64,000 nucleotides of DNA, from the NCBI GenBank assembly GCA_038087875.1, contig JAXLNO010002575.1:682001-746000 (forward strand), written 5' to 3'. A model generated the notes under the pieces. That model did no database searches. It worked only from the letters and a program-made list of their open reading frames with translations, and was not told the DNA's origin. Source of the DNA: Malacoraja senta (taxonomy: Eukaryota). Position numbers and translations under genes: made by a program. Position 1 is the first letter of the stretch; every line of letters starts with the position of its first letter. Positions 52,407-63,300 of this stretch are shown here, piece after piece.

Positions 52407-52667
52407 TTGCTGTTTCGTTCTGCCTCCGCATCCATTCATCGACTTGCCCTTTGATGATTCCATGGAAACCAGTTTCAGAGACCGTATTTGTTACCCAGTA
52501 ATTCCTGTCAAATGCAGCCGCCATCCATTTCTGTCTTGGAACTGTAATTACCATGTTTTTGTCATAATACTGTATCTCACAAACGTCCAGTACACCCACG
52601 ACACTATATTCTGGTAGATGAGTACTCCCGTGGTTCAGGGTGTAGTAATAGATCAGTGTGTGAGGCC
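52407..52667 (-). CDS. MHC class I alpha1 domain exon (261 bp)
   Basis: tgtgtctag|GG acceptor, A|GTTAGT donor. Translates GPHTLIYYYTLNHGSTHLPEYSVVGVLDVCEIQYYDKNMVITVPRQKWMAAAFDRNYWVTNTVSETGFHGIIKGQVDEWMRRQNETA, with H3, Y7, T10, G26, D29, PR..W, YW and the N86 glycosylation sequon (NET). Confidence 0.95.
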
Positions 52668-54181
52668 CTAGACACAAATAAAATAATACAATTATTGTCA
52701 AGTAATAGAAATTTCTATGGATAGGAAAGGTTTGGAGGGAAATCGGCAAAACACCAATTGGATTTACATTGCACTAAACATGATATCATTTACCCTGTAT
52801 CTATAGATTGTGAACGGCTTCATTGTAATGTAGTCTTTTCACTGACTGGATAGCACACAAGAAACATTTTCACTGCAAAACAGTACACGTGACATTAATA
52901 ATAAATTAAACTAAGCTAAAATATAGATAGGTGGGTCAAGGGTAGATGGGGCATCTTGGCTGGCATAGATAAGCTGGGCTGAAGGGCCTGTTTCTATGCT
53001 GTACATGATTCTAGATGTCAAGCTTACTTAGATTATTTTAGTTTAGTTTAGAGATACAGTGTGGAAACAGGCCCTTCAGCACGAGTCCGCACAGATCCCC
53101 GCACATTAACACAATCCTACACACGAAGGACAATTTACATTTATATCAAGCCTATTAACCTACAAACCTGTACGTCTTTGGAGTGTGGGAGGAAACCGAA
53201 GATCTTGGCGAAGACCCACTGGTCATGGGGAGAATGTACAAACTCCGTACAGACAGCACCCATAGTCAGGATCGGACCCGGGGCTCTGACACTTTAAGGC
53301 AGCAACTCTATCGCTGCCCCACCGTGCCGTGACTGAAGTCTCAAGAAGGGTTTCGGCCCGAAACGTTGCCTATTTCCTTCGCTCCATAGATGCTGCTGCA
53401 CCCGCTGAGTTTCTCCAGTATTTTTGTGTACCTTCGATTTTCCAGCATCTGCAGTTCCTTCTTAAACACTGTTCCAATGCTATATCTCTATATCATCTTG
53501 AGCTGCAATATACAGTAAGTTGTCCAAATCGGATTGCACCATGCCAGTACATCAAGAGCAGACTCTAAAAATATCAATGTAACATTTAACTTCTGCTTTG
53601 ATATGACCTCCTGGTGACTTGTTCACCACATCCCCCTTTGTCAGGGAGTTCCCCAATCATCTCACTGGAGAGGCCCCACATTCACACTTACTCAAATACC
53701 ACACATTTCCTGCTAGACTAGTTTTTCAACTGTTTACTCTCACAGTCTGCCCTGTGAACATGCAGAAATTAACATCACAAAACATCAGGATTGAACAACT
53801 CATTATCAACCTTAGACACAGAGTGCTAAAGTATCTCAGCGAGACTGGCAGCATCTCTGGAGAAAAAGGCTGGATGACACTTCGTGTCAGGACCCTACTT
53901 CAGTCTCAAGCAGGGTTAGTCTGAAGAAGGGTCCCAACCCGATACATCAGTCTGAAGAAGGATCCCAACCTGAAGCTTCACCCAGCATTACCCATCCTTT
54001 ATCTACAGCGATGCTGTAGAACGCCTCTGACCCGTTGAGTTACTCCAGCACTTTGTGACTCTCTTTGGTACAAACCAGCATCTGCAGTTCGTTGTTTCTA
54101 CATCATTATCTATCTCTTTGAGAAAGCGTTCCCATAGAATTTGCATCCTAACAAAATAAGATCACACAAAGTTACCAATAA

Positions 54182-54500
54182 GGGCGGCACAGTGGCACAG
54201 TGGTAGAGTTGCTGCCTTACAGTGTTTGCAGTGCCAGAGACCCGGTTTCAATCCTGACTATGGGTGTTGTCTGTACGGAGTTAGTACGTTCTCCCCGTGA
54301 CCTGCGTGGATTTTCGCTGAGATCTTCGATTTCTTCCCACACTCCAAAGACGTACAGGAATGTAGGTTAATTGGCTTGATGCATGTGTCAAATTGTCCCT
54401 CGTGTGCATAGGATAGTGTTGGTGTGCGGGTTAGTCGCTGGTCGGTGCAGACTTGGTGGGCTGAAAGGCCTGTTTCCGTGCTGTGTATCTAAATTAAAAA
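54182..54500 (+). mobile_element. tRNA-derived SINE (HE1/V-SINE type), full length
   Basis: A box TGGCACAGTGG (54192), B-box-like GGTTTCAATCC (54244), central GGTTTCCTCCCAC-type domain, CR1-like tail and (TAAAC)-like end. Confidence 0.85.
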
Positions 54501-55714
54501 ACTAAAGAACCTATTTTACATATCTCACTTCCTTTGGTTCACGCAGTGTTCTCTCTGGTGTAGACTGCTTGAGCCATTTTAAGTGCTTATTCTGGCTAAT
54601 AGAGATAGCAACATGAAAACCACAGAAAGAATCTTAAAATAAACTGAATCCTGCAGCATATAAACAGGCCCTTTTGCCCAATCTTGTCTATGCTGACCGA
54701 GATGTTTATCTACAATTACATGAATTACGCCCTTATCCCTCCCTGACTTTCCTACCAAAAGTCCAAATGCTTTATAGACATTGTGATTATGTCTGCCTCT
54801 ACCATCTCCCCTGCAGCTCATTCCAGATAACTACTGTGGTGAGAAACGTCTGCTCAGATCCCCTTGACATTTCTCTCCCATCACCTTAAACCTCCAGTTC
54901 TAGTCTCCACTGCCCTGGGAAAGAGACAGTTACTCTCTATACTATCTATACCCCAAAGATAGACACAAAATGCCGGACGGAGTAACTCTGCAGGGCAGGC
55001 AGTATTTATGAAGAGAAGGAATGGATGATGTTTAGAAACGTCACTCATTCCTTCCCTCCAAAGATGCTGCCTGTCCTGCTGAGATACTCCAGCATTTTAT
55101 GTTGGTCTTCGGTGTAAACCAACATCTGTTAATCCTTCCTGAAGAAGGATGTCGACCCAAAATGTCACCCATTCCTTCTCTCCAGTGATGCTGCCTGTCC
55201 CACTGAGTTACTCCAGCTTTTTACATCTGTCTTCGGTGTAAACCAGCATCTGTAGATCCTTCCTGAAGAAGGGACTCAACCCGAAAAGGTCTCGACCCGA
55301 AATATCACCTATTCCTTCTCTCCAGTGATGCTGCGTGTCCCACTGAGTTACTCCAGCTTTTTGTGTCTTTCTTCGGTTTAAACCAGCATCTGCAGATCCT
55401 TCCGACACAATCTATAGCCCTCATTATTTCACTCCTGCATTCTAGTGAGAATAAATGCAGCCTATCCAATCTCTTCACATAACATCAGACCTCTATTCCA
55501 GGCAACAACCTGGCAAAACCCTTCTGCACTATTTTTTATGCCATCACATCCTTTTTAGTTTAGAGATACATTGCAGAAACAGGCCCTTCGGCCCACGCTG
55601 ACCAGTGATCCCCACACAGTAACGTTAGTAGTGGAGTGACCAGAACTCTACACAATACTCCATGTGCAGCCTAACCAATGTTTTGTTTGATTTCTCAACT
55701 CATATACTTGATGC

Positions 55715-57085
55715 CAGAGTCTATTCAGTTATACAGGGCCCTGGTGAGACTGCACCTGGAGTATTTTGTGCAGTCTTACATAGATACATAGATACATAGA
55801 AAATAGGTGCAGGAGTAGGCCATTCGGCCCTTCGAGCCTGCACCGCCATTCAATATGATCATGGCTGATCATCCAACTCAGTATCCCGTACCTGCCTTCT
55901 CTCCATACCCCCTGATCCCTTTAGCCGCAAGGGCCACATCTAACTCCCTCTTAAATATAGCCAATGAACTGGCCTCAACTACCCTCTGTGGCAGAGAGTT
56001 CCAGAGATTCACCACTCTCTGTGTGAAAAAGTTTTTTCTCATCTCGGTCTTAAAGGATTTCCTCCTTATCCTTAAGCTGTGACCCCTTGTCCTGGACTTC
56101 CCCAACATCGGGAACAGTCTTCCTGCATCTAGCCTGTCCAACCCCATAAGAATTTTGTACGTTTCTATAAGATCCCCTCTCAATCTCCTAAATTCTAGCG
56201 AGTATAAGCCAAGTCTATCCAGTCTTTCTTCATATGAAAGTCCTGACATCCCAGGAATCAGTCTGGTGAACCTTCTCTGCACTCCCTCTATGGCTATAAT
56301 GTCCTTCCTCAGATTTGGAGACCAAAACTGTACGCAATACTCCAGGTGTGGTCTCACCAAGACCCTGTACAACTGCAGTAGAACCTCCCTGCTCCTATAG
56401 TCAAATCCTTTTGCTATGAAAGCTAACATACCATTCGCTTTCTTCACTGCCTGCTGCACCTGCATGCCTACTTTCAATGACTGGTGTACCATGACACCCA
56501 GGTCTCGCTGCATCTCCCCTTTTCCTAATCGGCCACCATTTAGATAATAAGGTCTTGGTCACCTAGTTTGAAGAAGGACATTCTTGCTATTGAAGGAGTG
56601 CAGCAAAGTTCACCAGGTTAATTCCCAGGATGGCAGGACTGACATATAATAAAAGAATGAATCGACTGGGCTTATATTCACTGGAATTCAGAAGGATGAG
56701 AGGGAATCAGATAGAAACAGAATACTAATAAGGGATTTGACAGACTAGATGCAGGAAAAATATTCTCAATGTTGGGGGAGTCCAGAACCAGGGGTCACAG
56801 TTTACGAATAAGGGGTAGGCCATTTAGGATTGAGATGGGGAAAAACCTTTTCACCCAGAGTGTTGTGAATCTGTGGAATTCTCTGCCACAGAAGGCAGCA
56901 GAGACCAATTCACTGAATGTATTCAAGAGAGAGTTAGCTCTTAGGGTTAACGAAATCAAGGGATATGGGGAGAAAGCAGGAACAGGGTACTGATTCTGGT
57001 TGATCAGCCATGACCAGATTGAATGGTGGTGCTGGCTTGAAGGGCCAAATGGCCTACTCCTGCACCAATTTTATATGTTTCTATG
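55715..57085 (+). mobile_element. Older CR1 3' fragment split by the 55778-56550 insertion
   Basis: ...CACCTGGAGTATTTTGTGCAGTCTT resumes as GGTCTTGGTCACC...GAAGGACATTCTTGC, continuing the CR1 ORF2 end and 3' UTR. Confidence 0.85.
55778..56550 (-). mobile_element. CR1 LINE 3' fragment, young, nested antisense in an older CR1
   Basis: Uninterrupted 211-codon ORF2 C-terminus (55878-56513), (TATCTATG)n tail, flanked by GTCTT on both sides. Confidence 0.92.
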
Positions 57086-57790
57086 TCTAAGTGGACAAGC
57101 ATGCCAAAGTGCATTCTTTGCTTTCCTGTCTACCCTTGTCGGCATTTTCAGGTATCAATGAACTTGCAACCCAAGGACACTCTGTATATTAACACCCCTC
57201 AGGTTCTTACCGTTTATGTCCTACCAGAACATGACATGCCGACACGCATAACTTCACACATGTCTGGATTACATTCCTTCTGTTATTGCTCCATCCAGCT
57301 CTCTAGCTAATCTGTATCCCACTGGATCCATAGACAACCTTCTTCAATGTACATGTCATCTGCAAACCTACTAATCAAACCACCAATATTTACATCCACA
57401 TCATATATACTATCCACTGCAAAACATAAAGGGCTGCAGGGACTCAGCAGGTCAGGTAATATCTGGAGGGATTTTATCCCTGCCAAAAATAAACATTATT
57501 CAGAATAATGAAATATATACAAAACAAGAACAGTGCAAACAACATTTCTGCCATTCTCGGTGTCCACACATGGATTAATTACAGTTATTTTTGGTTGTGT
57601 TCACAAACTATCCTTATCTCAAGCACCCTTGCAACTTGTATAGCCCTCCTGGGTTAATAGCCCTTCCCTTGTTTGAGGGGCGTCTTCACCAGTTGCAGCC
57701 CCCCAATGTATTGCCATGAAGGACCCTAGACTGTAGACCTCCACTGAGCCTTGGTGTTGGCTGCAACAAGCTCCAGTGAGTCCCATAGCA

Positions 57791-58443
57791 CGTACTCCTG
57801 CAGTCTGGAATGGACAGATGATGTTTTGGGTCAGACGCTTCTTCAGACTGATTGTAATAGAAAGCTGAAAAAGAGATGTGGGGCTGGGACAAAGCCTGGC
57901 AAGTGATACAGGTGATAAGACACAAAATGCTGGAGTAACTCAGTGGGACAGGCAGCATCTCTGGAGAGAAGGAATGGGTGACTTTTCAGGTCGAGATTCT
58001 TCTTCAGACTAGTTGGGGATTAGGGAAACAAGAGATATAGAAAATGATGTAGAGAGATAAAGAACAATGAATGAAAGATATGCAAAAAAGTAACGATGAT
58101 AAAGGAAACAGGCCATTGTTATTTATTTGTTGGGTGAAAACGAGAAGCTGGTGCGACTAGAGAATGGATTTTGATAAACAGGTGTAGTAAGTGGCAACGG
58201 CTAGAGGTGAAAAGGTGACAAAGGGTCTGAAGAAGGGTCTCGACCCGAAACATCACCCATTCCTTCTCTCCAGAGATGTTGCCTGTCCCGCTGAGTTACT
58301 CCAGCTTTTTGTGTCTTATCACCTGTAACACTTGCCAGGCTTTGTCCCAGCCCCACATCTCTTTTTCAGCTTTTTATTACAATCAGTCTGAAGAAGCGTC
58401 TGACCCAAAACATCATCTGTCCATTCCAGATTGCAGGAGTACG
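57791..58443. repeat. Inverted repeat, two arms of about 219 bp around a spacer of about 215 bp
   Basis: 57791-58009 is the near-identical reverse complement of 58225-58443. Confidence 0.9.
58223..58258 (+). ncRNA. Minimal type I hammerhead-ribozyme-like motif in a Penelope terminal repeat
   Basis: GGGT-CTGAAGA-A-GGGT CTCG ACCC-GAAA-C-ATC-ACCC: conserved core, 4-bp stem II and 4-bp stem I; the NUH is ATC rather than consensus GTC. Confidence 0.6.
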
Positions 58444-58869
58444 GGCTGAGGGACTCACTGGAGAGTTTTAACCAGCATCAGCAGTTCCTTCCTGTACATC
58501 CTGCCTTGTGCAGCATTGTTCTGTGTTTACAAATAGAGTGTAAATAAAACTTGGCATCCTCTGTACCATTTAAATTAATTATGATTGATGTATATTTTTA
58601 TTCCATGCAATCCTACAAAGTATCCCACAAATACACCACTCGGCAGCATTCAGTGGATGGTGCCTGAGGCAAGGCAGCTCTTTGAACTAGTTCATGGATC
58701 ACATGTGTATTCTTTTTACATTGTCTTTTACAATTTAGTTGACCAATTAGTTTAAATCTTTTTCCCCCAAGTCACTGAACTTTTTCCACAGGAAGTACTT
58801 TTTTATGGCCCATTCTAGTGAGAATATTGATGACTGAAAAACAAGAAAACTGTTCTTCTGTACTCACTC

Positions 58870-59600
58870 TAAACTCATGACTGCGCAGCCAGACATAGTC
58901 CGAACTCCATCATCAAGTTCGCCGACGACACCACTGTTGTGGGACGAATCACTGATGGTGATGAGTCAGAGTATATTAGTGAGATCGACCGATTGACCAA
59001 ATGGTGCCAGCACAATAACCTGGCCCTCAACACCAGTAAAACCAAGGAACTGATTGTGGACTTTGGAAGAGGTAGGATATGAACCCACAATCCCGTTTAT
59101 ATCCCGGGACGATGGTGGAAAGGGTCAAGAACTTCAAATTCCTGGGCGTGCATATTTCCGAAGATCTTTCCAGGTCCCAGCACACTGATGCAATTATAAA
59201 GAAGGCACATCAGCGCCTCTACTTCCTGAGAAGATTACGGAGAGTTGGTATGTCAAGGAGGTCTCCCTCGGACTTGTACAGGTGCACAGTAGAGAGCATG
59301 CTGACTGGTTGCATCGTGGCTTGGTTCGGCCACTTGAACGTCCAGGAGCGGAAAAGAATCCAGAAAGTTTGTGACTACTGCCCAGTCCATCTTCGGCTCT
59401 GACCTCCCTTCCATCGAAGGGATCCATCGCAGTCGCTGCCTCAAAATGGCTGCCAACATCATCAAAGACCCACACCATCCTGGCCACACACTCATCTCTC
59501 TGTTTTATCTCTGTATTATGTTTACATATTCTGTTGTGCTGCAACAGGCAAGAATTCATTGTCCTATCTGGGACACATGACAATAAAACTCTCTTGACTT
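58870..59600 (+). mobile_element. Rex1/Babar-type LINE RT fragment
   Basis: IIKFADDTTVVG, NLALNTSKTKELIVDF, FKFLGVHISEDL, KKAHQRLYFLRRL. Confidence 0.85.
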
Positions 59601-60199
59601 TTGGGCAGCACTATTATGGGTGGCACGGTGCAGTAGAGGTAGAGTGACTGCTTCACAGTGCCAGAGACCCGGGTTCGATCCTGACTATAGGTGCAGTCTG
59701 TATGGAGGTTGTACTTTCTCCCCGTGATCTGCATGGGTTTTCTCCAAGACCATCGATTTTCTCCCACACTCCAAAGACGTACATGTTTATAGGTTAATGG
59801 GCTTGGTGTAAATATTAAATTGTCCCACGTTTGTGTGTAAGGTAGCGTTAAGGTGCGTGAATCGCTGTCCGGTGCAGACTCGGTGGGCCAAAGGGCCTGT
59901 TTCTGCTCTATATCTCTAAACTAAACTATTAACATGTGCACCAAATCACTGAGGAGAATAAAGTCATCGAACACAGAAATTTGTGTCATAGTTTAAAAAT
60001 AAGGGATAGGCCATTTAGGAATGAGATAAGGAAAAACGTTTTCACCCAGAGAGTTGTATATCTGTGGTATTCTTTGCCACAGAAGGCAGTGGAGACCAAT
60101 TCACTGGATGTTTTCAAGATAGAGTTAGATTTAGCTCTTAGGGCTAATGGAATCAAGGATATGGGTAAAAAGCAGGAACGGGGTACTGATTTTGGATGA

Positions 60200-60690
60200 C
60201 CAGCATGCGTGCTGGCGCGGTCTTCACCCTCTGACATCTAGATTATGAAGGGTATCTTCAACTCAGGCCTAGAGACGTGGAGATATGGGTTGTTAACATT
60301 GTGCTACGTCAATTCGCCGGTAGGCTCCAGCGACATCCCTGTCCTTGGTCAAACTCACTTACTCGTGATTATGCTCATGGCGCTGAGTTCAGCGCAACGG
60401 GTCCAGTCATTGCATAAGTTAACACTGGATAAGAAGATCTGCGGGCAATAATAAGGTTTTATGTTTATGACTTAGTCAAGCAGAGTAGACCGGGGGCAAA
60501 AGGTCAAATTAGATGTTTGCATATCCCATGGACCTTGGGTTGTGTGGGGTCACACATCTACACCAGAATGTTAAGGTCCCTAAGAGCCTTATAGACTCTG
60601 AACTAGCAATATTGTTAGTTACATAAAACCTCGTTAGAAGGTATCACTACAGACCATCTCCAGGGGGTTAAACGGGTCTGGCTTACGTGC
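60200..60690 (+). mobile_element. DIRS1-like tyrosine recombinase fragment
   Basis: MKGIFN, IMLMALSSAQRVQSLHKL and VKQSRPG remnants in shifting frames. Confidence 0.7.
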
Positions 60691-62399
60691 CTACTCCTGC
60701 ACCTACAGTATTTTCTATGTTTCCATGTAAATCTCACATTCCAATTAATCTCCTCTCTCAATTTTCCCACCACCCACATTCACTTGGGGAAAATTATCTT
60801 CCAGTCAAATAACCTGATCCTACCTCACAAATGTTTATAAACACTTTAAGTGTAACCTTGTTAAATGTCTTCTGAACAGAAGTGATTCATCTTCCCATTT
60901 TCTCTACCATCTCAAAAATGTACATACTTCAGCCGGCATAACTACACTTTTACACATCCTTACTCTTCTCTCTGATATATTCACAGCAGGTCAAGAGCAC
61001 AATTGCTCAAGCCCTGAGGAATGTATTGCTGGACTCGACTCTCAATATTAATCAGCAAAAGACCCATGTTCTAGGCTATGATTACATTACAAATCTATCA
61101 AACAACCTTTCCATTTTCAGTGGAAAATAAGGTAAAATAATGACATGGTGCTATAAACTTGACACAGAAATATAACATGTTGGAAATGATCCAACAGCAT
61201 CTGTGGAGGTAAATAGAGTTGCAACATTTTAGTTGCCAAATTAAATGATGAAGGTCTAGAATGTGAATTCAGATTTCCTCTCCTTAAGCTTGAACTTTTC
61301 CTTGCTTTCTGGGTATTTAGTTTAATTTAGAGATACAGTGCAGAAACAGGCCACTGAATCCTCGCCGACCAGCGATCCCCGCACACTATCACTATTCTAT
61401 GCACACTTGGGAGAATTTAGAATTTTACTAAGCCAATTGGTATGTCATTGGAATGTGGGAGGAATCCGGAGGAAACCTGCACCTGTCATGGGAAGTACGT
61501 ACAAACTCCATGCAGAGAGAAACCGTAGTCAGGATCAAACCCGGGTCCCTTGCGCTGTAAGGCTGCAGCTCTGCCGCTGCACCACCGTGCTGAACCATAT
61601 TTTTAGCATTTCCTGCCAAATCCTAAACTGTATCAGAAGATGACTTCTCATGCAGTCTTGGTCTTATGCCATTTCAAATATTGTTTTGAAAATATTACTA
61701 CAATGGTTTATTAATAATAGAAGTGACTTACTATACCAGTTAAAAATCATTGTGAAAAATTTAATTCCCTCCAAATTACATTCCCTTCTGTTGTGCAGCA
61801 AGTAAGAATGTCATTGTCCTATCTGGGACATATGACAATAAAATACTCTTGACTCTTGAAGATGTGAGGAAGGGTTTCAACCTGAAATGTCACCTATTTC
61901 TTTTTGCCAGAAATGCTGCATGACCCACTGAGTTACTCCAGCATTTTGTGTCTATCTTCGGTGTAAACCAGCATCTGCAGTTCCTTCTTACAAAGTTATT
62001 CCTCTACCACCTGAGTTCCTACAGCAGTTGTTTTTATGATACTAGGTTGACATGCAATTGAGACATGCTGTGAGCTTCCTTTCAAAGGAGGACAATTAAG
62101 CCCATATGCTCAATCCATGCACATTTTTACCAATGACGTATAGTAAAGCCTTAACAGTACAATTTACATTCAGCTTTCAGATAATGCATTCGACCACAAA
62201 CAGATGTCTATCTCATTAAATTCTACCAGATAAGGCTTGGAAAGTCTGAAAAAGGGTCTCAACCTGAAACGCCACCCATTCCTTCTCTCCAGAGATGCTG
62301 CCCGGCCCACTGAGTTCCTCCAGCTTTCTGTGTCTATCATTGAAAGACATTCTCCCTCCCCCACACTTCCTGCAGCTTAACATGCTTCTTTTTTTCTCC

Positions 62400-63300
62400 T
62401 AGAAAAAGACACAAAGTGCTGGGACAACTCGACGGGTCAGGCAGTATCATTGGAAAACATGGATATGTGGTGTTGTGGAACAGGATCCTTCTTCAGACAT
62501 TGTGGGAGGTTGGGGGGGGTGGTATCGGCATTGTAGAGGCGGAGGAGGAGGGGGAGATGAAGGAAACTGGATGAAAGGCGGGGCAGGTAATAGGTGAACA
62601 TAGGTGAGGAGGCGGTAATGGGGGGAAGTTGATAGGGAGATTATTGGACAAGGGCCAGAGATAAAAATACAGAAGGTGCGCAACAAAATAATTGAAAAGT
62701 TGCAAATGGCAAATTTAGAAGGAAGGGGGTGAGGAGGGAAATAGGTGCAAGTCCAGATGGGCTGCAGGGAAGGGGGGCAATGGTGGGGAGAAATATGGGT
62801 GTGGGGGAGAAAGGGGAGGAGGAGGAGGAGGAGAGTAGGGCTTAGGTTTCCTAAAATTGGCGAGTTCAATATTCACACCATCAGGTTGAAAGCTACCCAA
62901 GAAGAATATTAGGGGCTGTTTGCATGTGACCTCACACTGGCAATGGAGGAGACCCAAGACAGAAAGGTCAATATGGCAATGGGAAAGGAAGTTCAAATGG
63001 TTAGCAACCAGGAGATCCAGTGCAGAAGTCCATGGCAGATCCAGTGCATATTTTCGGCGAAATGGTCGTGGAGTCAATGCTTGGTCTCGTCGATATACAG
63101 GAGGCCACATTGGGAACACCGGATGCAATAGATCAGTTTAGAGAAGGTGTACATGAACGTCTTGTCTCACCTAGAAGGACTGCTATGGTCCCTCAAGGCA
63201 GACCACAGAGGAGGTACAGGAACAGATGTTACATCCGCAGTTGCAGGGGAGATTACCTGGGATTCGATGGTTTGTGTGGGAAGTGATGAGAATTTTAGGT
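62400..63300 (-). mobile_element. Decayed Penelope-like element 3' part
   Basis: VANHLN..SH..IDLSVLGLLHCQ...FLGSFQPDGVNIE. Older fragments of the same kind at about 13405-13960 (+) and 33560-34270 (-). Confidence 0.8.

Larger units (their letters stand above)
15665..52667 (-). other. MHC class I heavy-chain gene, non-classical-like; five exons found, leader exon not found, frameshifted in alpha2 as assembled
   Basis: Exons occur in the correct order (alpha1, alpha2, alpha3, TM, cytoplasmic) on one strand with AG/GT boundaries and the phase-1 junctions expected for class I genes, except the 3' end of alpha2, which is phase 2 because of the 2-nt deficit. Lineage (UAA/UBA/UDA etc.) cannot be assigned without a search. 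Confidence 0.92.

Noticed and set aside
54182-54260. A/B-box segments as tRNA genes
   Set aside because: They are SINE heads continuing into the SINE body; no full cloverleaf is evident.
54529-54595. Exon-like 67-bp segment on the minus strand with AG/GT ends (QNKHLKWLKQSTPERTLREPKE)
   Set aside because: The open frame ends in phase 0 while alpha1 needs phase 1; not signal-peptide-like; no recognisable homology.
57521-57554. Possible leader exon MAEMLFALFLF with a phase-1 GT
   Set aside because: Only 11 codons, no small-residue cleavage region, and a weak donor (TTT|GTATAT); the hydrophobicity is explained by T-rich sequence.
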